From the NCBI GenBank assembly GCA_965367815.1, contig CBDUKN010000003.1:448-64447 (forward strand): a stretch of 64,000 nt of DNA, read 5' to 3'. Shown here one piece after another: positions 46,835 through 55,231 of this stretch (position 1 is its first letter; each line of letters starts with the position of its first letter). This DNA comes from an uncultured Thermoprotei archaeon (GTDB taxonomy: Archaea > Thermoproteota > Thermoprotei > Thermofilales > B15-G2). The notes beneath the pieces were generated by a model, which did not search any database, was not told the DNA's origin, and worked only from the letters and a program-made list of their open reading frames with translations. Both the position numbers and the translations under genes were made by a program.

Positions 46835-47881
46835 GTGGCGGAAGTACGTATAGGTGTGATCGGATGCGGTACAATGGGTAAAATACACGTAAACGCGTTT
46901 AAGAAAGTTGGAGCAAAAGTAGTAGCTGTATGTGATATCGATGAGAATGAAATTAAGTACGCTAAAGAAGTCTTGAAAATAGAGAGTGTCTACACTGATT
47001 ATCGAGACCTAATTGCAAGAAAAGATATAGACGGAGTAGTAGTTGTTACACCCAATTATCTCCACTATCAGATGACCATAGATGCCCTTAAAGAAGGAAA
47101 ACATGTTTTATGCGAAAAGCCGCCAGCTATATTGGCTAAACAAGTTAAAGAAATGTTTGAAGCCAGCAGAAAGTACGGTAAGAAACTTCTAATAGGATTG
47201 ACGTGGAGATTTAGAAAACTAAGTGGTATTCTCCGAAACTATGTTCTTGAGGGGAAAATAGGCGAGCCTTATCTTATTAAAGCCTATATGCTTAGGAGAG
47301 CAGGAATTCCTGGCTATGGAAGCTGGTTTACTATTAAAGAGCAGGCTGGAGCAGGGCCTCTATACGATATAGGCGTACATATGCTTGACTTGTCTCTCTG
47401 GATTTCAAATAACTTTGAGGCAGAAGAAGTTTTTGCGTCGACTTACGCTAAACTAGGCCCCAGAGGGCTGGGTAAAGGGTCTTGGGGCAAGCCTGTACCC
47501 GGTGGACCATTTACTGTCGAGGACTGGGCTATAGCTTTCATTAAAATGAAGAACGGCGCTACAACTATACTTGAGGCAGGGTGGGCTGGACACATTAGTC
47601 GAGACGACTACAATGTAGTGATTATGGGAGATAAAGGTGGAATAAACTATAGAGAGGCTTCAATTTACAGCGAGGAGAATGGTGTGCTAGTAGACACTAA
47701 ACTTGAAATAGGAGAAGAAAAGCCTGTAGAAAATGAGGCAAGGCACTTTGTCAACATTATTCTCGGGAAAGAAGAGCCTTTAACTAAGCCCGAGGAAATG
47801 ATTATGCTTCAGGCAATACTAGAAGCTGCACTGAAGTCGGCTGAAGAAAAGAGACTTGTGAAAATATCAGAGGTACTGTAG
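46835..47881 (+). CDS. Gfo/Idh/MocA-family oxidoreductase
   Basis: GTG start. IGVIGCGTMGKIHVNAF Rossmann motif and HVLCEKP (EKP motif). Confidence 0.85.
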   Translation: MAEVRIGVIGCGTMGKIHVNAFKKVGAKVVAVCDIDENEIKYAKEVLKIESVYTDYRDLIARKDIDGVVVVTPNYLHYQMTIDALKEGKHVLCEKPPAILAKQVKEMFEASRKYGKKLLIGLTWRFRKLSGILRNYVLEGKIGEPYLIKAYMLRRAGIPGYGSWFTIKEQAGAGPLYDIGVHMLDLSLWISNNFEAEEVFASTYAKLGPRGLGKGSWGKPVPGGPFTVEDWAIAFIKMKNGATTILEAGWAGHISRDDYNVVIMGDKGGINYREASIYSEENGVLVDTKLEIGEEKPVENEARHFVNIILGKEEPLTKPEEMIMLQAILEAALKSAEEKRLVKISEVL

Positions 47882-47885
47882 TTAA

Positions 47886-48296
47886 TTAAACTAGTTCATC
47901 TAAGAATAGTATTTCTACATCAAAAGGCTCTTTTTCCATTTCTCTTAAGAGTTCTTCCTCTTTGTGGGCAAAAAGTGCTGGTGATGATAAGTACTTAGCT
48001 AAACTTAGAGTAAAGCAGTCTGATAGAGCTATTGCTCTACTACACTTGTATAGAGCCGCTGTTTCAATTAAAGGAGATATTTCGAATATCTCAATGTATC
48101 CTGACCTTTTAAGCGCATTAATTTTTGTTAAAGCATTGTTAAAACCTATTTTTCTACAGAGAATATATAGTGCCTCTGTTATATCTAACTCTGTTGTGAA
48201 AGCGAAAAGTTCGCCTGATTTAAGTTTCTCTTTAACAATTTTACCTCTCTTAGTAGCTGATAAAAGTTCTACTATGACACTGGCATCAAAGACCAT
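47886..48296 (-). CDS. vapC: PIN-domain toxin VapC
   Basis: MVFDASVIVELL (Asp), TTELDITEA (Glu) and ALSDCFTL (Asp). The start at 48296 overlaps the vapB stop by 11 nt. The track ORF runs to 48416. Confidence 0.75.
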   Translation of the reverse strand: MVFDASVIVELLSATKRGKIVKEKLKSGELFAFTTELDITEALYILCRKIGFNNALTKINALKRSGYIEIFEISPLIETAALYKCSRAIALSDCFTLSLAKYLSSPALFAHKEEELLREMEKEPFDVEILFLDELV

Positions 48297-48534
48297 ATTT
48301 CCTGCTAATTCTTTCTTCATCTTTTCGCCTCTCTTCATACAATTCTTCGACAAGGTTTTCGCTGATAATCGGGGAGCATGCCATCTCAAGTAGTTCGGGT
48401 CTCTTAGTTCTATCAAATAAAAGGAATCTTATGGCTTCATCCATACTTACTCTTCGACCTAGTTTCATTTCTAGCTTTGCAATAAACTTGATTAGCTCTC
48501 TCTTCGTACTTTCAGAGACTCTTATAACTGCCAC
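48286..48534 (-). CDS. vapB: VapB-type antitoxin (RHH-like), paralogue of 19348-19599
   Basis: GTG start. VIRVSESTKRELIKFI...DEAIRFLL parallels TIAVSEETYMAI...DETIRKLI of the other antitoxin. Confidence 0.65.
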   Translation of the reverse strand: MAVIRVSESTKRELIKFIAKLEMKLGRRVSMDEAIRFLLFDRTKRPELLEMACSPIISENLVEELYEERRKDEERISRKYGL

Positions 48535-48565
48535 ATGTATACAATGTATATAAAGTATATATTGA

Positions 48566-49345
48566 TTACTTGGATAAGAGTATGTAGTCTTTGCACCATT
48601 TCCCGAAGTTCCATCTGCCGCCTCCCAGCATAATACACTTCTTTACTTTCTCGTACTCTACTACTTTAAGTGATGCTACGCAGTCTACTCCATGGTCAAA
48701 AAATATCTTTGGGAAAATGCCTGCAGTTGGCCCAACTACCATTTTGAATCTAGCTTTCTTCGACAGTGCCAGCACATAGTCTATTGTATCGTTTACTAAC
48801 GTAGCTCCAGTTACTATAACGACGTCGGCTTTCCCTAGTAGCCTTGGGGCAGCAGTATCTGAGTAAATGTTTTCTCCTACGCGCATTCTAGGATTTCTTT
48901 CAAGAACATACAGCTCTCTACAAGTACCTTTTAGTTTTTTCACTATAGGTCTCATGTTGCCGATAACAACGACTGTATCTTCGGGCTTTACGAGGTCTGA
49001 AAGCGTATCTATTAAGTTTACTGAAACTAATTTAAATCCATTAATATGGTTTAATTTCCATAAAAGGTATTGAGAAACCGCGTTAATATATGCGACTGCA
49101 GCTGTTTTCCACAGAGTATTAACTGATGAAACATAGTCCAATATATTGTCGGGAGAAGGAGGCTCTGGGAGAGGTTCTGTGCAGTCTAGGTCTTCTAAAG
49201 GCAGGTAGGCTACACCGGCTTCAAGTCCTTCAGGTCCTTTAATTGAAATGTAGCAGTATTTTACGCCAACGACGGAGTCTATGGTCTCTATTTTTAGGCT
49301 TCGAGCGGCTTTCTCTATTAATGAGGCAGCTTCGTCTACGAGCAT
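48566..49345 (-). CDS. DUF4213/DUF364-type Rossmann-like protein (putative heavy-metal chelation family)
   Basis: VVVIGNMRPIV...LYVLERNP...ADVVIVTGATLVNDTIDYVL...VVGPTAGIFP matches the DUF364 pattern. Confidence 0.7.
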   Translation of the reverse strand: MLVDEAASLIEKAARSLKIETIDSVVGVKYCYISIKGPEGLEAGVAYLPLEDLDCTEPLPEPPSPDNILDYVSSVNTLWKTAAVAYINAVSQYLLWKLNHINGFKLVSVNLIDTLSDLVKPEDTVVVIGNMRPIVKKLKGTCRELYVLERNPRMRVGENIYSDTAAPRLLGKADVVIVTGATLVNDTIDYVLALSKKARFKMVVGPTAGIFPKIFFDHGVDCVASLKVVEYEKVKKCIMLGGGRWNFGKWCKDYILLSK

Positions 49346-49358
49346 TGTCAGTAGAACA

Positions 49359-49382
49359 GGGTACTAGAATATTTGAGTACCC
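49359..49382. promoter_or_regulatory. Perfect 7-bp inverted repeat GGGTACT-N10-AGTACCC in a divergent promoter region (candidate operator)
   Basis: gggtact at 49359-49365 and agtaccc at 49376-49382. It lies between the DUF364 gene start (49345) and the wHTH regulator start (49438). Confidence 0.35.
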
Positions 49383-49437
49383 TACCTTACTTATGGAGCT
49401 GAGCTTATATATTAATCTGGTATATTTGTAAACCGGT

Positions 49438-49848
49438 ATGAGTTTAAGAGAAGAAGAATTTATTGTTCTTTACGCTATTTTTGAGTCTCCTAGTATTAGT
49501 GTTAATCAGCTTTACCGTAAGCTAAGGGGCAGAATATCGAAAGTTAAGATGATTGAGATTTTAAAGAAGCTTACTGATGAAGGCTTAGTTAAGAAAGTAA
49601 AGGATCCTAGGCATAAGCAGAGAGTAATGCTTTTTCTTAAAGACGATGTGCAGAAGCTAGCTAAAAGTATTGTCGACAGAGCTTGTGAAACAGCTAAAAA
49701 CAGTATTGTCGATAAAGCTGATTGTCTTCTGAGGAAATATCTCGAGGTCGCGTCTAAAATAAAGGATCCTATTATTCGAGATTTCCTTAAGAAGCTTGTA
49801 CTAGCTGAAATAGCTGAGTTCTTGAACTTGAGTAATGGTTTGAGGTGA
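49438..49848 (+). CDS. MarR/PadR-like winged-helix transcriptional regulator
   Basis: SVNQLYRKLRGRISKVKMIEILKKLTDEGLVKKVKDPRHKQRV (HTH plus wing). Its stop overlaps the next gene's GTG (GTGA at 49845-49848). Confidence 0.6.
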   Translation: MSLREEEFIVLYAIFESPSISVNQLYRKLRGRISKVKMIEILKKLTDEGLVKKVKDPRHKQRVMLFLKDDVQKLAKSIVDRACETAKNSIVDKADCLLRKYLEVASKIKDPIIRDFLKKLVLAEIAEFLNLSNGLR

Positions 49849-50957
49849 AGGCCTTGAGGATCTTAATGGTTTCGGAGTGGTCTCCAAATAGCTTTGGCGG
49901 AGTCTCTTCCCAAGTAGCTTTGCTCGCAAAGTGGCTTGAGAAAAGAGGGCATAGTGTTATAGTGATGCATAAAGAGGGGGAAAGTGGGTACAATACAGTT
50001 AGAGTGAAAAGTATTGTTCCGTTCGAGCACTATGTTGTGCCTCCTTGTTTCTGGGAAGTAAAGAAGACTATAAGCAGAATAGAGCCCGACATAGTTCACG
50101 TACATCATTCTTTCACGCCGCTGTCAGTGCTAGCTGTTAGAGCATGTGCTAAACTAGGGCTACCCTGCGTTCTCACAAACCATTCTCTTCCTCCTGCAGG
50201 AGATGTAGACTGCTGGCTGAAAATATCCTATATTGCTCCATATAGGTGGCTTTTGAGGCCAACAATAGTTACTGCTGTGAGTGTAGCTGCTGCGAATTTT
50301 ATTCAGGAGTTTCTTGGACTAAAAACTGAAGTAAAGGTTATACCAAATGCTGTAGACACTGAGAGATTTAAGCCAGGGCTAGCTGAGAGAAGAGACTGTA
50401 TACTCTATGTGGGGCGCCTTGTTCGTAGAAAAGGAGTACACGTGCTAATAGAGGCTTTTAAGATTCTTCAGCGAAGAGGCTTTGACGTTAAGCTAGTTAT
50501 AGGAGGTAAAGGCTACATGGAGCCTCTCCTTAAATTCATGGCTTCAGACACAGACAATATTGTTTTCTTGGGAGCTGTAAGCGAAGAAGTTAAGCCAGCT
50601 TTATTCGCTGGAGCAAAAGTATTTGTCTTACCGAGTTTAGCGGGAGAAAGCTTTGGCGTAGTCCTGTTGGAGGCCTTGTCTTCAGGCACACCTGTTGTGG
50701 CTACGAGAGTCGGAGGAATACCTGAAATAGTAGCCGACGGCGAAGAAGGATTTATTATCAAGCCAGGTAACCCCGAAGAGCTTGCTGAAGCAGTAGCAAT
50801 TCTGCTAAAATCTCCTGACGTATGGCTGAAAATGTCGCTAAAAGCTAGGAGAAAGGCTGTAGAAAAGTACTCTATAGACAAGATAGGCAGGCTCTATGAG
50901 GAGACGTACTTTGAGGCACTAGAGCTTGTTCAAAAAGTAAGAATTCTTGTAGAATAA
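49845..50957 (+). CDS. GT4-family (GT-B) glycosyltransferase
   Basis: ILMVSEWSPNSFGGVSSQV N-terminus. GESFGVVLLEALSSGTPVVATRVGGIPEIV (EX7E region). Confidence 0.85.
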   Translation: MKALRILMVSEWSPNSFGGVSSQVALLAKWLEKRGHSVIVMHKEGESGYNTVRVKSIVPFEHYVVPPCFWEVKKTISRIEPDIVHVHHSFTPLSVLAVRACAKLGLPCVLTNHSLPPAGDVDCWLKISYIAPYRWLLRPTIVTAVSVAAANFIQEFLGLKTEVKVIPNAVDTERFKPGLAERRDCILYVGRLVRRKGVHVLIEAFKILQRRGFDVKLVIGGKGYMEPLLKFMASDTDNIVFLGAVSEEVKPALFAGAKVFVLPSLAGESFGVVLLEALSSGTPVVATRVGGIPEIVADGEEGFIIKPGNPEELAEAVAILLKSPDVWLKMSLKARRKAVEKYSIDKIGRLYEETYFEALELVQKVRILVE

Positions 50958-51373
50958 TGATAAGCATAGAAGACTTCATATACACAGCGATACTACTTGG
51001 ATTAAATTTCCTAGCGTTTATACTCGGCTCACTTAAAAGAAAGAAAAAGATAGAGTACAGCCCACTTCTTATTATAAAAAAGCCTAAGCACATTTTCTTA
51101 AATAATCTCATAGCATACATACCTCTCGTAGTCCCCATTATTGGAGTATTCTACTTACTTTACATCTTCTACAATAGTGGCAGAACACTAGGCGCCAGAA
51201 TATTGCTCAAAACATATGTTCTACTTGAACTAATTTCAGCTAGCCTGCTAGCATACAGTAGCTTTCTTCTACTAGCCTACAGAATACTTGACTTAACAGC
51301 GTTTCTTACAATGGCACTAGTTCTATTAGCCTTAGCAGCATATATAGAAAGTAGAGAATTCAGCGGGGCTTGA
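50957..51373 (+). CDS. Small polytopic membrane protein
   Basis: 138 aa with 4 hydrophobic segments. The start overlaps the GT4 stop (TAATG). Confidence 0.5.
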   Translation: MISIEDFIYTAILLGLNFLAFILGSLKRKKKIEYSPLLIIKKPKHIFLNNLIAYIPLVVPIIGVFYLLYIFYNSGRTLGARILLKTYVLLELISASLLAYSSFLLLAYRILDLTAFLTMALVLLALAAYIESREFSGA

Positions 51374-51422
51374 GCGGTCCTTCGACCCCCTTTCGGGGGG
51401 GCATCCCCGCTCAGCATCCCCC
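51365..51422. other. GC-rich extended hairpin with UUCG-capped apex at the 3' end of the wHTH-GT4-membrane operon (3' structure or small RNA)
   Basis: Read directly. TGAGCGG (51371-77) pairs with CCGCTCA (51407-13). CCCCCU (51386-91) pairs with GGGGGG (51396-401) around UUCG (51392-95). GGGG (51365-68) pairs with CCCC (51418-21). About 72% G+C by hand count, against AT-rich flanks. Confidence 0.5.
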
Positions 51423-51441
51423 ATTTAACATCTTGTTAAAC

Positions 51442-52005
51442 ATGCATTTAAAGTTTTTTATTGAAAATGTGTTTGTGAAGCTTATAGTATTCATTGATGA
51501 AAGTGGGCTACCTATTTACTGCAAGTACTTTAGTCAAGGAGCTATAGCAAAAGTAGTGCCTAAACATACATCATACTACAGTGTGGGAGCTAAAGAGATA
51601 CAGAGTATAAAAAGGCAGACTGGCTTAACGAGAGAAGTAAAGTATAGGAGGCTAGTAAGTAAAATAGGTTTGAGCGGTGTATCATCTATTATTTCTATGT
51701 TGAAAAATCAGGGATACTACCTATTCTTTAAAAGGATTCACATCAAAGAGCCTAGTAAAGCTAGATTTGAGTGCATTGAAAAGCCTTTAAAGGAAATTAC
51801 AAGTCAATTATTGTGCAGTAATGTAGTAATAATTATTGATGAATGTCCGCTTAAGTTGAAAGAAGTTAGAAAAGCTGCACGTCAATTACTTAGATCAAAG
51901 TATATTCAAGTATATTTTAAAGATAGTAGAAAGGTCTCAGGACTTCAGCTAGCGGATATCGTCGTGGGATACTTCAGTGAAGTTTATAAAACTCCAAAAG
52001 AGTAA
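51442..52005 (+). CDS. DUF3800-family protein
   Basis: LIVFIDESG (DES motif) and GLQLADIVVG (QxxD motif). The start is taken at MHLKFF (51442). The track's N-terminal extension from 51370 simply translates the GC hairpin. Confidence 0.65.
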   Translation: MHLKFFIENVFVKLIVFIDESGLPIYCKYFSQGAIAKVVPKHTSYYSVGAKEIQSIKRQTGLTREVKYRRLVSKIGLSGVSSIISMLKNQGYYLFFKRIHIKEPSKARFECIEKPLKEITSQLLCSNVVIIIDECPLKLKEVRKAARQLLRSKYIQVYFKDSRKVSGLQLADIVVGYFSEVYKTPKE

Positions 52006-52274
52006 GGTCCATAGATTCCTGCTCTCAAGGCTCTTTCTGCTTCACTTCTATCCATGAATATTTCGGCTACTCTTAGCACGTTTTCAAGTGAAGGGTTTCT
52101 ACGAGCCTTAGAGACTATTTTCTTGTACTCGGGGTGCTTGTAGACGAGCATACGTGCTATTTCTTCGAAGAGTCTGCGGCCGTCAGAGTTAAGCATGTTG
52201 TTTTTATCAAAGTAGAGGTAGTACCCGGAGAGAAGCTTGATCATCAGGAAGCGGAGGTCTTTTCCAAAAGACAC
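51984..52274 (-). CDS. Hypothetical 96-aa protein
   Basis: ORF track only. Its 3' end overlaps the convergent DUF3800 gene by 22 nt. Confidence 0.4.
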   Translation of the reverse strand: MSFGKDLRFLMIKLLSGYYLYFDKNNMLNSDGRRLFEEIARMLVYKHPEYKKIVSKARRNPSLENVLRVAEIFMDRSEAERALRAGIYGPYSFGVL

Positions 52275-52379
52275 GTGAATTCAATGAATTTTCTAAATAA
52301 ATAATTATCGTTGAGGAGAACAGGGTAGAAATAGTTAAGTAAATTTAATTACTTTTCCAAGCTAATATACTCGGAGTAT

Positions 52380-53780
52380 ATGTCTGAAAAAGAGCCTATT
52401 ATTGATATCCTGAACAGAGTACTTGAGGATACGAGTTCTCTTGGCTATGAGTACGCCGATATGCGCTACGAGCTCCGAGAAGGCTTTAGTGTAACTGTGA
52501 GGAAAGGTGCTGTAGAGGCTTCTCAAGCTTCTATAAGCAGAGGAGTAGGCATAAGAGTGTTGGCTGACGGCGCGTGGGGTTTTGCTTCATCAGAATCTTT
52601 CACTTACACTGACTTGAAGAAAGCTCTTGAGAAAGCATTTAAGCTAGCTAAGACATCGGCTAAAGCACGTAAAAAGAACGTCGAGTTAGCTGAAGTAAAA
52701 GTATATAAGGATTACGTTAAGGCAGTAGTCAAAGAAAATCCTGCTAAAGTACCAGTCGAAGATAAAGTCAAGCTTGCTCTTGAAGCAGACAAGGTCATTA
52801 CGGGCTACGGCGACGTAGTGAAAGATACATCAGTCTACTATACTGACTACAGTTTCAGGAAAGTATTTGTTAGCAGTGAGGGAGCAGAAATAGTAATCGA
52901 CGGCATTAGAACATATTTCAGAATCTATGTGACTGCTGGAGAGGCAGGAGTACTTTCACCGGCGTACGAGACAATGGGCGGTGTAAAAGGCTTTGAAATT
53001 TTCCGCGGAGAAGAACCTATTGAACTAGCTAAAACAGCTGCTGAGAGAGCAATAAGGCTCCTTAAAGCAGGCTTACCTAAAGGAGGTCTCTCAACAGTAG
53101 TGTTAGATAACAAGCTCTTAGCGCTAATAGTTCACGAAGCATTCGGCCACTGTGCTGAAGCAGATTTAGTTATTACAGGAGACGTGCTGACAGGTAAAGT
53201 TGGACAGAAAATAGTTTCGAAGCTAGTAACTATAGTAGATGACCCTGAGCCACCTTACGCTAACGGCTGGACACCCTATGACGACGAAGGAGTAAGAGCA
53301 CGGAAAGTAACTATTGTTGAGGAAGGAGTACTCAAAGAGTACATGCAGAGCCGCGAAACAGCGGCAGTCTTAGGCATGGAGCCTACAGGCAACGCTAGAG
53401 CCCAAAACTACAACTTTGCTCCACTAGTCCGTATGCGGAACACCTATATGCTTCCCGGAGACTGGGATCCAGACGAAATAATAAAGGAAACAAAGGAAGG
53501 CTTCTACCTTAAAGGAGCAATGGGTGGTCAAGCAGACACTAATGGAGACTTTATGTTCGTGGTGCAAGAAGCTTGGGGAATAGAAAACGGTGAGCTGAAA
53601 GAGGCCTATAGAGGCGTAACAGTGTCAGGAAATGCTATAGAAGTGCTTAAAAGCGTAGACGCTGTGGGCAAAGACTTAATCATAGGTTTTCCTGGAACAT
53701 GCGGCAAAGGGCAAATGGCTCCAGTAGACGGAGGAGGTCCACACATAAGATGTAAACTTATTGTAGGTGGTAAAAAATGA
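52380..53780 (+). CDS. tldD: TldD metalloprotease (peptidase U62)
   Basis: HEAFGHCAEAD (HExxxH), GNARAQNY and GTCGKGQ. 466 aa. Overlaps pmbA by 4 nt. Confidence 0.9.
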   Translation: MSEKEPIIDILNRVLEDTSSLGYEYADMRYELREGFSVTVRKGAVEASQASISRGVGIRVLADGAWGFASSESFTYTDLKKALEKAFKLAKTSAKARKKNVELAEVKVYKDYVKAVVKENPAKVPVEDKVKLALEADKVITGYGDVVKDTSVYYTDYSFRKVFVSSEGAEIVIDGIRTYFRIYVTAGEAGVLSPAYETMGGVKGFEIFRGEEPIELAKTAAERAIRLLKAGLPKGGLSTVVLDNKLLALIVHEAFGHCAEADLVITGDVLTGKVGQKIVSKLVTIVDDPEPPYANGWTPYDDEGVRARKVTIVEEGVLKEYMQSRETAAVLGMEPTGNARAQNYNFAPLVRMRNTYMLPGDWDPDEIIKETKEGFYLKGAMGGQADTNGDFMFVVQEAWGIENGELKEAYRGVTVSGNAIEVLKSVDAVGKDLIIGFPGTCGKGQMAPVDGGGPHIRCKLIVGGKK

Positions 53781-55087
53781 GTGTAGTCGAGTTTGCTTTA
53801 AAATATGCTCTAGAGCTAGGTGCAACAGAAGTACATGTAGTTTTAGCTAAAGGTAGAGGCTATAGAGTTGAAGTAACTTCAGATGCGATATCTAATGTAG
53901 CTTACAATGAAGGAGTGAGACTCTCCATAACAGCTATAGTCGGAAAGAAGCTAGGATACTCTTCGACAAATAGTCTAGATGAAAAAGAAGTAAGAAAGTG
54001 TGTAGAAAGAGCAGTTAGCTTAGCCAAAGCCATTACGGAAAATCCTCACTGGAAGCACTTACCCGAACCCCGCAAGTATCCTGAAATAAAAGATGTGTAT
54101 GATACAAAAGTGGCTGAGCTAGAGCCTGAAGAAGCAGTAGAGTTCATGAAAATATGCCTAGACGCAGTCAAAGAAGAAGGTCGAAACGTTGTAGTAATGC
54201 AGGGAGAACTTAGCACAGGAGAATCTGAAGTAATTATAGCTAACAGTAGAGGATTATGGGGCGAAGATAAGGGAACAAGTGTTTCCGCTTACTTAGTTAC
54301 AGTAGCTAAAGAGGCTGGCACAGTAGGAAGTTTTGCTACAGAAGATGCTGTATCGAGAAAACTTGACATAGATTTCGCGGAGTTAGGGAAAGCGGCGGCC
54401 AAAAAGGCATTAGAGTCTCTCCACTTAAAGCCTATAGAGAGTTTTAAAGGTTCTCTTATACTTGACTACGAAGTAGCAGCTTTTCTAGTACTAAATCTCG
54501 CTAGAGCATACTCAGGCGACAATGTCTGGAGAGGAAGTAGTCCTCTTAAAGATAAGCTGGGTCAGCAAATAGCTTCAGCCAACTTGACTATAGTAGATGA
54601 CGGAGTAATGCCCGGCGGAATATCTACATCTAAATTTGATGCAGAAGGCTCTCCGCGACAGAGAACAGTAGTTTTAGAGAAAGGAGTGCTGAAAACATTT
54701 CTCAACAACACGTTTACGGCCGAAATACTAGGTATGAAGCCTACAGGAAATGCCGCTTCTCTTTTAGCTGTGCTACCGTCAAACACAATAATAGAGCCAG
54801 GAGACATTACAATAGAGGAAATAATAAATGAAACAAATAAGGGGCTTTTCATAAGTAGGTTTTCAGGAAAAATGAGCTCAGTAGACGGAGTAGTATCAGG
54901 TACAGCTAAGCAAGCCTTCTTAGTAGAAAATGGTGAGAAAAAATATCCTGTCAGGGAGTGCATGATTGTGGGGAATCTCTATGATTTCATAAAGAATATA
55001 AGTGCACTAAGTAAAGAAAGAAAATTCAAGTGGTCAGTATTAACACCAGTAATTAAGATAGAAGGAGTAAACATAGTCGGCAAGTAA
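53777..55087 (+). CDS. pmbA: PmbA/TldE, partner subunit of TldD
   Basis: 436-aa U62-family paralogue lacking HExxxH. Contains PTGNAAS. Translationally coupled to tldD. Confidence 0.85.
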   Translation: MSVVEFALKYALELGATEVHVVLAKGRGYRVEVTSDAISNVAYNEGVRLSITAIVGKKLGYSSTNSLDEKEVRKCVERAVSLAKAITENPHWKHLPEPRKYPEIKDVYDTKVAELEPEEAVEFMKICLDAVKEEGRNVVVMQGELSTGESEVIIANSRGLWGEDKGTSVSAYLVTVAKEAGTVGSFATEDAVSRKLDIDFAELGKAAAKKALESLHLKPIESFKGSLILDYEVAAFLVLNLARAYSGDNVWRGSSPLKDKLGQQIASANLTIVDDGVMPGGISTSKFDAEGSPRQRTVVLEKGVLKTFLNNTFTAEILGMKPTGNAASLLAVLPSNTIIEPGDITIEEIINETNKGLFISRFSGKMSSVDGVVSGTAKQAFLVENGEKKYPVRECMIVGNLYDFIKNISALSKERKFKWSVLTPVIKIEGVNIVGK

Positions 55088-55147
55088 ATCAGCCAACCCC
55101 CTCGCCATCACAGATCATTAGCTCCCAGCGGTCTCATCACCGCTTAC
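55084..55147 (-). ncRNA. C/D-box sRNA (2'-O-methylation guide)
   Basis: The minus strand reads GTAAgcg-GTGATGA(C, 55140-55134)-GACCGCTGGGAG(12 nt)-CTAA(D', 55121-55118)-TGATCT-GTGATGG(C', 55111-55105)-CGAGGGGGTTGG(12 nt)-CTGA(D, 55092-55089)-tTTAC. Both guides are 12 nt. There is a 4-bp terminal stem and an AAAAATATA box ~25 nt upstream. Confidence 0.65.
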
Positions 55148-55231
55148 CTTAAAGTTTGCTACCCCTATATTTTTATTGTACTCTTTTTAAGTAATTTACT
55201 TATATTAGGCGAATTTTCTTATTTTCACGAA

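Noticed and set aside
47962-48393. 143-aa plus-strand ORF
   Set aside because: Antisense to the PIN (VapC) gene, which has the conserved acidic residues and the canonical vapB overlap.
50513-51138. Minus-strand ORFs 50513-50881 and 50872-51138
   Set aside because: Antisense to the GT4 glycosyltransferase and the downstream membrane-protein genes.
51370-51441. N-terminal 24 codons of track ORF 51370-52005 (MSGPSTPFRGGIPAQHPPFNILLN)
   Set aside because: This is the translation of the GC-rich hairpin. The DUF3800 DES motif follows closely after the ATG at 51442, so I moved the start.
54562-54963. 133-aa minus-strand ORF
   Set aside because: Antisense to pmbA.
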